Shown one piece after another: positions 28,626-39,238 of a stretch of DNA of 64,000 nucleotides. The DNA is taken from NCBI GenBank assembly GCA_964349485.1, contig CAYGGE010000004.1:4628-68627 (forward strand), read 5' to 3'. The stretch is from an uncultured Candidatus Saccharibacteria bacterium (GTDB lineage: Bacteria > Patescibacteriota > UBA1384 > CAYGGE01). Each line of letters opens with the position of its first letter. Within the stretch, counting starts at the first letter, position 1. A program made the position numbers and the translations under genes. The notes under the pieces were generated by a model that was given only the letters and a program-made list of their open reading frames with translations, was not told where the DNA came from and did not search any database.

Positions 28626-29519
28626 ATGTACGACCAAATCACGTCCAACAAAAATAAAACCTATATCCTCTTCTTCTGCTTCTTTGTCTTTATGATTGGC
28701 ATAGCTTGGCTGATTAGCTACGCCTACGACCTGTCCTGGCTACTACCCGTTGCCGTTATTGTGACTGTTGTCCAAGCACTCACCAGTTATTATTACTCAG
28801 ACCAAATTGCTTTAGCGGTATCTGGTGCTAAGCTGATTAAGAAAGCGGAAATCCCTGAACTGTACCGCATGGTAGAGAACCTATCGATTACGGCTGGTTT
28901 ATCCATGCCTCGAGTTTATTTGATTCCTGATACGGCGATCAATGCTTTTGCGACCGGTCGCGATCCGAAGCATGCAGCGATTGCGGTCACTAAGGGGGCG
29001 CTCGAGCAGCTGGAAAATGAGGAACTTGAAGGGGTGTTAGCCCATGAACTATCCCATATTGGTAACTATGACATCCGGGTCTCGACCATCGCGGTTGTTC
29101 TCGTAGGAGTCATCGCCCTCGTCTCTGACCTCTTCCTGCGTCATGTCTTCTGGTTTGGCAGTGGGCGAGAACGGGAGAATAATAGCAGTAGTGGTCAGCT
29201 TCAGACTTTTTTGATGATTGTTGCGCTGGTTCTGGCAATCCTGGCTCCACTTATTGCCCAACTCATTCAACTTGCTGTTTCACGAAAGCGAGAGTACTTG
29301 GCCGATGCCTCAGGTGTTTTATTGACGCGCTACCCCGAGGGTTTAGCTAAGGCGCTTGAAAAGATCGGCGCCGATCACGAACCACTCGAAGTCGCCAACA
29401 AAGCGACAGCTCACCTCTACATTGCCAATCCCTTAAAGGACCATAAAGGTAAAATCAACTCCCTGTTCTCAACCCATCCACCACTCGAAGATCGGATCCG
29501 AATCTTAAGGGAAATGTAA
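28626..29519 (+). CDS. htpX: Zinc metalloprotease HtpX-like (M48)
   Basis: HELSHIGNYD (HExxH) and a TM topology typical of HtpX. Confidence 0.85.
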   Translation: MYDQITSNKNKTYILFFCFFVFMIGIAWLISYAYDLSWLLPVAVIVTVVQALTSYYYSDQIALAVSGAKLIKKAEIPELYRMVENLSITAGLSMPRVYLIPDTAINAFATGRDPKHAAIAVTKGALEQLENEELEGVLAHELSHIGNYDIRVSTIAVVLVGVIALVSDLFLRHVFWFGSGRERENNSSSGQLQTFLMIVALVLAILAPLIAQLIQLAVSRKREYLADASGVLLTRYPEGLAKALEKIGADHEPLEVANKATAHLYIANPLKDHKGKINSLFSTHPPLEDRIRILREM

Positions 29520-29555
29520 ACGGTACGAAACATCCCCATTTCATTTCTTATATAG

Positions 29556-29587
29556 AAACGCCCGGCCGGAAACCCGGCTGGGCGTTT
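29556..29587. terminator. GC-rich hairpin, probable terminator, at the boundary of GC-rich islet 2
   Basis: AAACGCCCGGCCGG-aaac-CCGGCTGGGCGTTT, a 14-bp stem with one mismatch. Confidence 0.5.
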
Positions 29588-29619
29588 CGTGCGTTCTGTA
29601 TTGCCAGGGTTTCACCTGA

Positions 29620-29868
29620 CTAATCGGCACCGCATGGGCCAACGTACTGCGAGTAGTCGATGCCGAGATTGTATTCTGGATCGACCTGGGTCTGGCCGGG
29701 CATACATCGCTCATCGAGTGGAGCGGAAGTCTGGACGATGACAGCATCCAGTGGCAATCCAATCCCTTTCAGACACTCGGGGTCAATGCAGCGCTGCCCA
29801 TTACCAAGAGGCTTACCGCATTCGGTGCAAATCCTACCCTGTGTTGGCAGGAGGATTGTGGCGGACAT
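29620..29868 (-). CDS. Small zinc-ribbon protein, 82 aa
   Basis: CTEC...CIDPEC, with a GGAG SD on the minus strand. It shares the G.GLPLD......APL.E motif with the next gene. Confidence 0.5.
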   Translation of the reverse strand: MSATILLPTQGRICTECGKPLGNGQRCIDPECLKGIGLPLDAVIVQTSAPLDERCMPGQTQVDPEYNLGIDYSQYVGPCGAD

Positions 29869-30015
29869 CGATGTCTCCAGTTCCCTAAAGAGAGTAGGAA
29901 CTTTTCTGCCGATAGTTTAGCACCAATTATTCAAAAATACCAGTACTTCATGACTGGAATGCAAAGACCGGCGCGCTGACTGCGGCACCGGTCTTACTGA
30001 CTTCCCTGATGAGAA

Positions 30016-30282
30016 TTATCGTTTCTGAGCGGCTCGCCGTTTCAGTCGGCTGCCCAGACTGTTAATTTCTGACAACATCTCCCTTAGGCTCAGGCCAGTG
30101 AACCTGTAACGTTGCGTCTTCGGATTGAATTCAATCAGAGGGGCTGCCTGCAGCCGGAGATCGAGTGGAATTGCCAGGTAACCGACGTCCTGGACTAGGC
30201 GACAGCGAGTGCATCGGTGCTGTTCTGCCATCTCGGTATAGACAAGGATGCCATCGCACGAAGGATCTGGACAGGGTTCCAT
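30016..30282 (-). CDS. Small zinc-ribbon protein, 88 aa, paralog of the previous
   Basis: CPDPSC...CTRC, with an AAAGGAA SD. Motif LAIPLDLRLQAAPLIEF and a basic C-terminal tail. Confidence 0.5.
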   Translation of the reverse strand: MEPCPDPSCDGILVYTEMAEQHRCTRCRLVQDVGYLAIPLDLRLQAAPLIEFNPKTQRYRFTGLSLREMLSEINSLGSRLKRRAAQKR

Positions 30283-30424
30283 GCTCGTTCCTTTCTAGGC
30301 GCAAGTATTATTACCTTAGCATCGTATATTCTTTCGGTAAAGAGAAACCGGGCTCGTCACAGCGGACGCGCCCGGTTTCAAGGACTCCTCGATTTGCGGA
30401 CCTCGCGGGGTCCGCTGCTCGTCA

Positions 30425-30955
30425 CTACGCAGGGCACGGCACCCCCATAGCCCTGAAGAGGTCCTGAGGTGTGGACGCCACTGCCAGTGTGCCCACATAC
30501 TCTTCAAACGTGGCAACCAGGTCATCGACGTGGCCTATGTCGCAGAGTAGGCCGATCTTCCTACTTGTTCTTCGGGCCTCCCTGATTAGCTCACCCAGGA
30601 ACATGACGGTGTCAAATTCCAGCACTGTAGTCTCCACAATGTCCAGGACGACTATCGTGGCCTTGGGCCTTTCCTCGTCCACTAGCGCCAGAGACACGTT
30701 CATGCTGCGCTCGACAGCCTGGCTGATTCTCTCGCCGTCACCGTGCATGAGGATCAGTGCGAATAGGGGGAAGTATACTACCCCGAAGCGACATTCATTG
30801 CCGCCATCTAGGCTAGCCTTTTCCTCCCTATTTGGGAGGCTCAGCCAGTATGCATCAAAGCTCCCAGCTCCTTGTGCATACGGTTCGTAGATCACCTTTT
30901 GCCTGCTCTGAAGAGCATGCTTCACATGATCCCTAGGTGCGATGGCTGTTGACAC
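30425..30955 (-). CDS. Hypothetical protein with a STAS-like (anti-sigma-antagonist-like) C-terminal region
   Basis: Strong SD AAGGAGAAAA. ATIVVLDIVETTVLEFDTVMFLGELIREARRTSRKIGLLCDIGHVDDLVATFEEYVG resembles the STAS beta-alpha pattern; this is a weak call. Confidence 0.4.
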   Translation of the reverse strand: MSTAIAPRDHVKHALQSRQKVIYEPYAQGAGSFDAYWLSLPNREEKASLDGGNECRFGVVYFPLFALILMHGDGERISQAVERSMNVSLALVDEERPKATIVVLDIVETTVLEFDTVMFLGELIREARRTSRKIGLLCDIGHVDDLVATFEEYVGTLAVASTPQDLFRAMGVPCPA

Positions 30956-31098
30956 GTTTGTTTTCTCCTTTCGTGCGAAGCCAGTTGGCCCGAACTATAC
31001 ACTAAAATCTGTTTTAAGTCAAGTCGTGAAGTAGGATTCGTCGTGCAAATATGGATAATAACTGGTATTATTTTGACAAACAACAATATATGGAGTAG

Positions 31099-33204
<2,106 letters not shown>

Positions 33205-33299
33205 ACCAACGTTCTATAACTATGGTATTTACTTTTGTGGTAGATGTGACATGTTTTATGTAGAGGAAACTCTACCTTAACATCATTTGGAGGTAACAC

Positions 33300-34511
33300 A
33301 TGTCGGTTCAAGGGGGAATATGTGCTGTTTTGTCGAGCGCTGGTGATGCGGCCAGGCTAACGGCAGCATCACTGTTCACTTTGCAGTACCGAGGGACGCA
33401 ATGTGCCGGCTTGACCGCCTTTGACAGTCATCGGCAGAGCGATCTGCATGGCGTCGGTTTAGTGAGAGATGTAATCAGGCTAAATGAGGATTACTACACT
33501 TCTGCGCTCGGTGCTGTCTTTCGTAAGGTCACTATCCAGCCGATCAAAATCGCGCAGGGAGTGGTGTTGGCGGTCTGTGGGAGACTAACTGACTCTAGCA
33601 GATTAGTCCACGATGAACTTGTTAGTCGACTCCAACTGGAAAGGGGTGGTACTCTATCTTGTCGACTAATTAGCGCCTTAAGTGGGCTGAACGGGGTATT
33701 CGTTGGTGTTATGGCGACACCGAGCGAGTTACTGGCTTTCTGTGACTCTTCCGGACTGCAAACTCTGGTCATCGGTCAGTTGGCTACTGGCTGGTGTGTC
33801 GCCACCGAGAGTTGTGGATTCGGCTTGGTCCAGGCAAGCTATATGCGTAAAGTTGGACCTGGCCAGCTGGTCAGATTGACGAGTGATGACTTGGTGATGA
33901 CACAGTTCGCGCCTAGTCAGCCTCGCCAATGCTCCATGCAATTGGTCTCATTGATGCGGCCAGACAGTTGCTATGGTGGGGGTGAGGTTCACTCGGTGCG
34001 TGTGCGGTCTGGCGCAGTGCTGGCCCGAGAGGCGCCAGCCACTGGCGATGTGGTTGTGGCGGTACCGGATGCCGCCATGGGGGCGGCCGTCGGTTACGCG
34101 ACTGAAGCGGGTATACGATTTGACCAGGCGATTTTCCGTAATCGCTATCCGGGCGCGACCGAATTGTGCCAGCAGTTTAACATCTTGCCGGAGACGGTGA
34201 ATGGTAAGCGAGTGGTTATCGTGGAAAACGCTGTCCACACCGGTCGAACTTTGACCTATGTGGTAAAGTCAATCCGCGAGGCAGGAGCAGGTGAGGTCCA
34301 TGTCCGGGTCGCTTCGCCACCGATCCGCTCTGTCTGTCTTTACGCCAATGGGGTTGAGCAGGCTGGACGACTGATTGCCGGACGTTCTTCGGTGGAAGAG
34401 ATTCGGCAGTTTCTCGACGTAGAGACGCTGGCCTTCTTAAGCGAAGCAGGCCTGCAGGAAGCAATTAAGTTGACTGCCGAACAGACCTGTCGGCAATGTA
34501 TGGCCGGCTAA
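33300..34511 (+). CDS. purF: Amidophosphoribosyltransferase-like protein (N-terminal-nucleophile class-II glutamine amidotransferase + PRTase)
   Basis: Short propeptide MSVQGGI before Cys8, and the PRTase PRPP loop VVIVENAVHTGRTLTYVVKSIREAGAGEVHVRVASPPI. Strong SD GGAGG. GC content is higher than in neighbouring genes. Confidence 0.7.
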   Translation: MSVQGGICAVLSSAGDAARLTAASLFTLQYRGTQCAGLTAFDSHRQSDLHGVGLVRDVIRLNEDYYTSALGAVFRKVTIQPIKIAQGVVLAVCGRLTDSSRLVHDELVSRLQLERGGTLSCRLISALSGLNGVFVGVMATPSELLAFCDSSGLQTLVIGQLATGWCVATESCGFGLVQASYMRKVGPGQLVRLTSDDLVMTQFAPSQPRQCSMQLVSLMRPDSCYGGGEVHSVRVRSGAVLAREAPATGDVVVAVPDAAMGAAVGYATEAGIRFDQAIFRNRYPGATELCQQFNILPETVNGKRVVIVENAVHTGRTLTYVVKSIREAGAGEVHVRVASPPIRSVCLYANGVEQAGRLIAGRSSVEEIRQFLDVETLAFLSEAGLQEAIKLTAEQTCRQCMAG

Positions 34512-34537
34512 TTGCTGGCTGTTTCACGCACTGGTTT

Positions 34538-34567
34538 GGTCAAGCTGGGGGCTCCCCCAGCTTGACC
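34538..34567 (+). terminator. Strong palindromic hairpin, probable terminator, after the purF-like gene
   Basis: GGTCAAGCTGGGGG-ct-CCCCCAGCTTGACC, a 14-bp perfect stem, followed by a second weaker hairpin at 34574-34602. Confidence 0.55.
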
Positions 34568-34611
34568 GCCTTTCAGAGAAAATCGACCTTTGGTTCTCTC
34601 TGAAGAGGTTG

Positions 34612-34648
34612 GTTGCCAAAACAGGTTTGACCGTGATATATTCAGCTC
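34612..34648 (+). promoter_or_regulatory. Candidate promoter TTGCCA-N18-TATATT ending 6 nt before the gatC ATG, implying a leaderless transcript
   Basis: No SD precedes gatC; the -10-like hexamer sits immediately upstream of the ATG. Confidence 0.35.
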
Positions 34649-34951
34649 ATGGATAAAGCGCTTACCAAAGAAGAAGTCGCTTACGTTGCGCATCTAGCTC
34701 GGCTTGAGATGACCGACGCTGAGCTCGATAAGTACACTAGCCAATTGTCGGCTATTTTGGGCTTTGTCGATCAATTGCAGGAAGTTGATACTGAGGGTAT
34801 TGAACCATTGGCTCAAACCACAGGTTTAGTGAATGTTTTGCAAGATGATGCGACCGCGGCAGATAAGGTGGATCGGGAGGCATTGCTAAAAGGAGCGCCC
34901 GCTAGCGAAGCACCGTATGTAAAGGTTAAAGCAGTATTGGAAAATGATTAA
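34649..34951 (+). CDS. gatC: Asp-tRNA(Asn)/Glu-tRNA(Gln) amidotransferase subunit C
   Basis: About 100 aa; LARLEMTDAELDKYTSQLSAILGFVDQL. Confidence 0.85.
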   Translation: MDKALTKEEVAYVAHLARLEMTDAELDKYTSQLSAILGFVDQLQEVDTEGIEPLAQTTGLVNVLQDDATAADKVDREALLKGAPASEAPYVKVKAVLEND

Positions 34952-34961
34952 TTTCTAATTT

Positions 34962-36434
34962 ATGGATATTACTTCCCTTACAATCAAGGCTACTGCTGAT
35001 CTGTTGGCTAAAGGCGAGGCGACATCGGTTGCGGTGACGCAAGCCTACTTAGATCGGATCGATACGTTAAATCCGAAGTTGAATGCTTATTTGACGGTAT
35101 TTAATGATAATGCACTGGAACAAGCCAAGGCATCGGATGCTCGGCGGATTAAGGGTGAGACTTTAGGCGTGCTTGACGGCGTACCCCTAGCTTTTAAAGA
35201 TAACTACTCGACCAAAGGCCAACGAACTACTGCCGCCTCAAAAATTTTGGAGAATCATGAGCCGTTATATGACGCGACGGCGGTCAAGAAACTCAAGGCA
35301 GTCGGAGCTGTCATCCTTGGCAAGACCAACATGGATCAATTTGCCATGGGCTCATCAACGGAAACATCAGCATTTGGCAATACAGCTAACCCGTGGGACA
35401 CTTCGCGGGTGCCTGGTGGTTCTTCTGGCGGTTCGGCCGTCGCAGTGGCAGCCGATCTTTGCGCTGGCGCCCTGGGCTCAGATACTTTTGGCTCAATCCG
35501 CCAGCCAGCTGGTTATACAAGCGTCATCGGTTTAAAACCAACCTACGGGGCCATTAGTCGCTACGGTCTACTTGCCATGGCGAGTTCGCTTGATGTAGTT
35601 GGGCCAATGACTAAAAGTGTCCGTGATGCAGAAATCTTGTTCGATGCACTTAAGGGTCAGGACGATTATGACGCTACCACGATCAATAACCCACAATCAG
35701 CGACCAGTAATCCGAAAACAATGCATGAATTAAAGATCGGTATCCCCAAAGAGCTATTTATTAATGGCATGGACGCCGATGTTCGACAGACGATTGATAC
35801 CGCAATCGAAAAACTGCAATCACTTGGAGCGAAAATCGTTGAAGTCATCTTGCCGACAGTAAAATATTCCGTTCCGGCCTACTATGTCCTCTGTCCGGTT
35901 GAGATTGCCTCAAATATCGCTCGCTACGATGGCATCCGTTATGGTGAATCGGTTGAGCGCGAGCAAGGGTCGCATACGCTCCTTGAAGTCTACAAACAGA
36001 CCAGATCCAAATACCTCGGCGAAGAGGTAAAGCGGCGAATCATGTTAGGAACCTATGCCTCCAGTGCTGGCTATTACGACGCTTACTACAACAAAGCCAT
36101 GAAAGTTCGCTCATTGATCAAAAAAGAGATGGATGAGGTTTTCGAAACAGTCGACTGTCTCGTGACGCCGGTTAGTCCCTCTGTCGCCTTCAAATTTGGT
36201 GAAAAAGGCGATGATCCGATTGCTATGTATCTTGAAGATATCTTTACCGGGCCCGTCAACTTAGCTGGAGTACCGGCCTTGGTCGCTCCCGCCGGCTTTG
36301 TCTTACGAGACGGTAAGAAGCTTCCGGTGGGTATCCAGTTTATTGGGCCCGATAACGGCGAAGCAACGTTGTTTGCAGTTGGCAGTGCCTATGAGCAGGC
36401 GACGAGCTGGAGCGAAGTAAAACCGCAGTTATAA
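34962..36434 (+). CDS. gatA: Asp-tRNA(Asn)/Glu-tRNA(Gln) amidotransferase subunit A
   Basis: Amidase signature GGSSGGSAVAVAA with Ser-cisSer-Lys triad context, 490 aa. Confidence 0.9.
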   Translation: MDITSLTIKATADLLAKGEATSVAVTQAYLDRIDTLNPKLNAYLTVFNDNALEQAKASDARRIKGETLGVLDGVPLAFKDNYSTKGQRTTAASKILENHEPLYDATAVKKLKAVGAVILGKTNMDQFAMGSSTETSAFGNTANPWDTSRVPGGSSGGSAVAVAADLCAGALGSDTFGSIRQPAGYTSVIGLKPTYGAISRYGLLAMASSLDVVGPMTKSVRDAEILFDALKGQDDYDATTINNPQSATSNPKTMHELKIGIPKELFINGMDADVRQTIDTAIEKLQSLGAKIVEVILPTVKYSVPAYYVLCPVEIASNIARYDGIRYGESVEREQGSHTLLEVYKQTRSKYLGEEVKRRIMLGTYASSAGYYDAYYNKAMKVRSLIKKEMDEVFETVDCLVTPVSPSVAFKFGEKGDDPIAMYLEDIFTGPVNLAGVPALVAPAGFVLRDGKKLPVGIQFIGPDNGEATLFAVGSAYEQATSWSEVKPQL

Positions 36435-36445
36435 TGAGGAGTAAT

Positions 36446-37165
36446 ATGGGTTTAAACGCACGTAAACGAAAGGAGCAGAAGTTGATTGAAAAATATGGTT
36501 CTGTTCCAAAATCAAAACTTTTTCCTTGGTCGAAAGTCCTGATGCTGATTGTTGGCCTCGCGGTTATCGGGATTGGCGGGATGTACGGTTACAAACAGCT
36601 GAATCTGAAGCAGAAAAAAACTGCAGCTTCGCCATCAACCACGCCAGAATCTACCGCCAATGCGAGTGAAAACCCTACTAATACTGAGGAGAAAACCATG
36701 AGTGCAACGATTAAGACAACCTTAGGTGATATCGAAGTTGAACTATTTAAAAATGATGCCCCAAAGACGGTCGAAAACTTTCAGAAGTTAGCTGACAAAA
36801 AATACTACGATGGCATTATTTTTCACCGTGTAATTAAAGACTTTATGATCCAAACTGGTGATCCAACGGGCACCGGTACCGGTGGTGAGAGTGCCTTTGG
36901 GAAGGACTTTGAGGACGAGAAGAATGGTTACAAGATGGAGCCAGGAACCCTAGCCATGGCCAATCGAGGGCCAGGCACAAACGGTAGCCAGTTCTTCATC
37001 GTCACCGAAAGCCGCCAAGCTCACTTGGAAGGTAAGCACACCATTTTCGGCAAAGTGACCAAAGGCATGGACGTGGTGAAGAATATCGCAGCGGTTGACG
37101 TTGACGGAAGTGATAAGCCGTTGAAAGAAGTGAAGATGAAGAAGGTGATTATTAAGCAGAAATAA
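36446..37165 (+). CDS. ppiB: Cyclophilin-type peptidyl-prolyl cis-trans isomerase with N-terminal TM helix and linker
   Basis: FHRVIKDFMIQTGDPTGTGTGGES and ...GSQFFIV. GAGGAG SD; the first ATG at 36434 overlaps the gatA stop. Confidence 0.85.
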   Translation: MGLNARKRKEQKLIEKYGSVPKSKLFPWSKVLMLIVGLAVIGIGGMYGYKQLNLKQKKTAASPSTTPESTANASENPTNTEEKTMSATIKTTLGDIEVELFKNDAPKTVENFQKLADKKYYDGIIFHRVIKDFMIQTGDPTGTGTGGESAFGKDFEDEKNGYKMEPGTLAMANRGPGTNGSQFFIVTESRQAHLEGKHTIFGKVTKGMDVVKNIAAVDVDGSDKPLKEVKMKKVIIKQK

Positions 37166-37272
37166 AACGAAATCATGATGTCTATCCTGAAGTTTACTCA
37201 TGGTGACATCGAGTGGCTCGAAGAATATTGTTCGATTTATGTCAACGAATCGAGAAGGGATGCTCAGGAACG

Positions 37273-37746
37273 GTCATGTCAAACAATTATCGCAAACGAA
37301 AAACAGAACAAGATCCAGTCTACGTCCTCCTCGATGGTTTCTTCAAGGGCGTTGGCTGGTTGGCGATGCTACCTTTCAAAGGTCTCTTTAGTAATCGTGG
37401 GCCAAGTCATGAGCAGATTGCCAAGGTGAATCGAGAGTATTTGCAACATTGGCTCTCCCTGGAAAATAACTTACACGATCCAAACCAAGCTAAACACGCG
37501 ATTATGCAGGCCGACATCTTGCTTGATAAAGCCATGGAATTTAAGGGCATTCCAGGGGCGACGATGGGTGATCGGCTGAAGGGCGCGACATCGCAACTAT
37601 CCAAATCCACGCTCGACATGGCATGGGAAGCGCACAGAGTTCGTAATCGACTTGCTCATGAACTTAATTATCACATTTCCGAGTCCGAAGCTCGTCAAGT
37701 TTTGGGGCAATTCAAAGCGGTATTACGAACGCTAGGGGTGCTATGA
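37273..37746 (+). CDS. Hypothetical helical protein inserted between gatA/ppi and gatB
   Basis: ORF ends in ATGA overlap with the gatB start. Contains AHRVRNRLAHELNYH, an Rx4H-like string; a HEPN-like assignment is speculative. Confidence 0.4.
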   Translation, partial: VMSNNYRKRKTEQDPVYVLLDGFFKGVGWLAMLPFKGLFSNRGPSHEQIAKVNREYLQHWLSLENNLHDPNQAKHAIMQADILLDKAMEFKGIPGATMGDRLKGATSQLSKSTLDMAWEAHRVRNRLAHELNYHISESEARQVLGQFKAVLRTLGVL

Positions 37747-39158
37747 ATGATATGTACGAAGCGGTGATCGGCTTAGAGATTCATGCCGAATTGAACACGA
37801 AAACCAAGATGTTCTGCCGGTGTAAGAACGATCCGTTCCATGGCGAGGCGAATACCCACGTTTGCCCGGTCTGCTTAGGCTTGCCCGGTGCCTTACCGGT
37901 CCCCAACCGACAGGGCGTTGAGTCGACTATCATGGTCGGCTTGGCGTTAGGCTGTGAGATCGCTTCACATAGCAAATGGGATAGGAAGAACTATTTCTAT
38001 CCTGACTTGCCGAAGGGCTACCAGATCTCGCAGTATGATCTGCCTTTATGCCAAGGTGGTGAATTATCCGTTTTATCGAAAGAGTCAGGTGAGGCTAAGA
38101 CTGTAAAAATAACCCGGATTCATCTAGAAGAAGACACTGGAACGCTCCAGCATCCCGATGGTGTGAAATACTCTTTAGTTAACTACAACCGTTCGGGTGT
38201 GCCACTCATGGAACTGGTGACTGAGCCAGATATCCGTTCTGGCAAAGAAGCCAGGTTATTTGCTGAGGAGTATCAACGAATCCTTCGGGCTTTGGGCGTC
38301 GCCAACGCCGATATGGAGAAAGGGGAGATGCGAGTTGAGGCGAACATCTCGGTTCGCACCCATGAGCAGGTCGCCGAAGGTGAGTATGGGACTAAGGTTG
38401 AAGTAAAGAACTTAAACTCATTCCGTTCTGCTGAACGGGCGATTAACTTTGAGATTGATAGACAGATTAAGGCGATTGAAGCCGGGGAACAGATTGTTCA
38501 GGAAACTCGCGGCTGGCATGACGTGAAGCAAATTACTTTTACGCAACGGGTCAAAGAGGGGGCAGCCGATTATCGCTATTTCCCAGAACCCGATTTGCCG
38601 CCGTTAGAACTATCCAAAGAATATATTGAGTCGATTCGCTCCAAGATGCCTATCTTGCCAGTAGAACTACGTAGAGAGTACATCACTTTAGGTCTTACTG
38701 ACGCTGATGCCGAGGTCCTAGTTAACGATAAAGCCCGGGCTGATTACTTTCGAGTGCTGGTATCGCATGATATCCAACCGAAACTTGCTGCCAACTGGGT
38801 CATCAACGAAATTCCAAGTCTCGACGTCCCTGCCGACCGTGTCCAAAAGCTAATCCATATGGTCCAGGTTTCGGACATTTCGAGCAAGATCGCGAAAGAT
38901 GTTTTGGCTTTGATGCGAGAGACGGGGAAGACTGCCATCGAAATTATTGAAGAGAAGGGTCTCAAGCAGGTTTCGGATACGAGCGCGATTGAAGCGCTCA
39001 TCGACGGAGTACTTGCTGAACACGAGAAAGAACTGACTGACTATCGAGCTGGCAAGCAGCAGCTCTATGGCTTCTTCGTCGGCCAGGTCATGAAGGCAGC
39101 CAAAGGCCAGGCCAATCCTCAAGTTCTCAATGAACTCTTAAAGAAAAAGCTTGGATAA
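37743..39158 (+). CDS. gatB: Asp-tRNA(Asn)/Glu-tRNA(Gln) amidotransferase subunit B
   Basis: MYEAVIGLEIHAELNTKTKMFC N-terminus and a GatB/YqeY C-terminal domain, 471 aa. Confidence 0.9.
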   Translation: MNDMYEAVIGLEIHAELNTKTKMFCRCKNDPFHGEANTHVCPVCLGLPGALPVPNRQGVESTIMVGLALGCEIASHSKWDRKNYFYPDLPKGYQISQYDLPLCQGGELSVLSKESGEAKTVKITRIHLEEDTGTLQHPDGVKYSLVNYNRSGVPLMELVTEPDIRSGKEARLFAEEYQRILRALGVANADMEKGEMRVEANISVRTHEQVAEGEYGTKVEVKNLNSFRSAERAINFEIDRQIKAIEAGEQIVQETRGWHDVKQITFTQRVKEGAADYRYFPEPDLPPLELSKEYIESIRSKMPILPVELRREYITLGLTDADAEVLVNDKARADYFRVLVSHDIQPKLAANWVINEIPSLDVPADRVQKLIHMVQVSDISSKIAKDVLALMRETGKTAIEIIEEKGLKQVSDTSAIEALIDGVLAEHEKELTDYRAGKQQLYGFFVGQVMKAAKGQANPQVLNELLKKKLG

Positions 39159-39238
39159 AAGTTAAGGTTTATTTAATATTTGTTGTGATAGAATTATGTC
39201 TCTATCAACCAATGTGATGTAAATCTTAGGAGGGTGAT

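Noticed and set aside
30471-30890. 139-aa Ser/Thr-rich plus-strand ORF antisense to the STAS-like gene
   Set aside because: It is a compositional shadow ORF. The minus-strand frame has a strong AAGGAGAAAA SD and globular-protein-like sequence.
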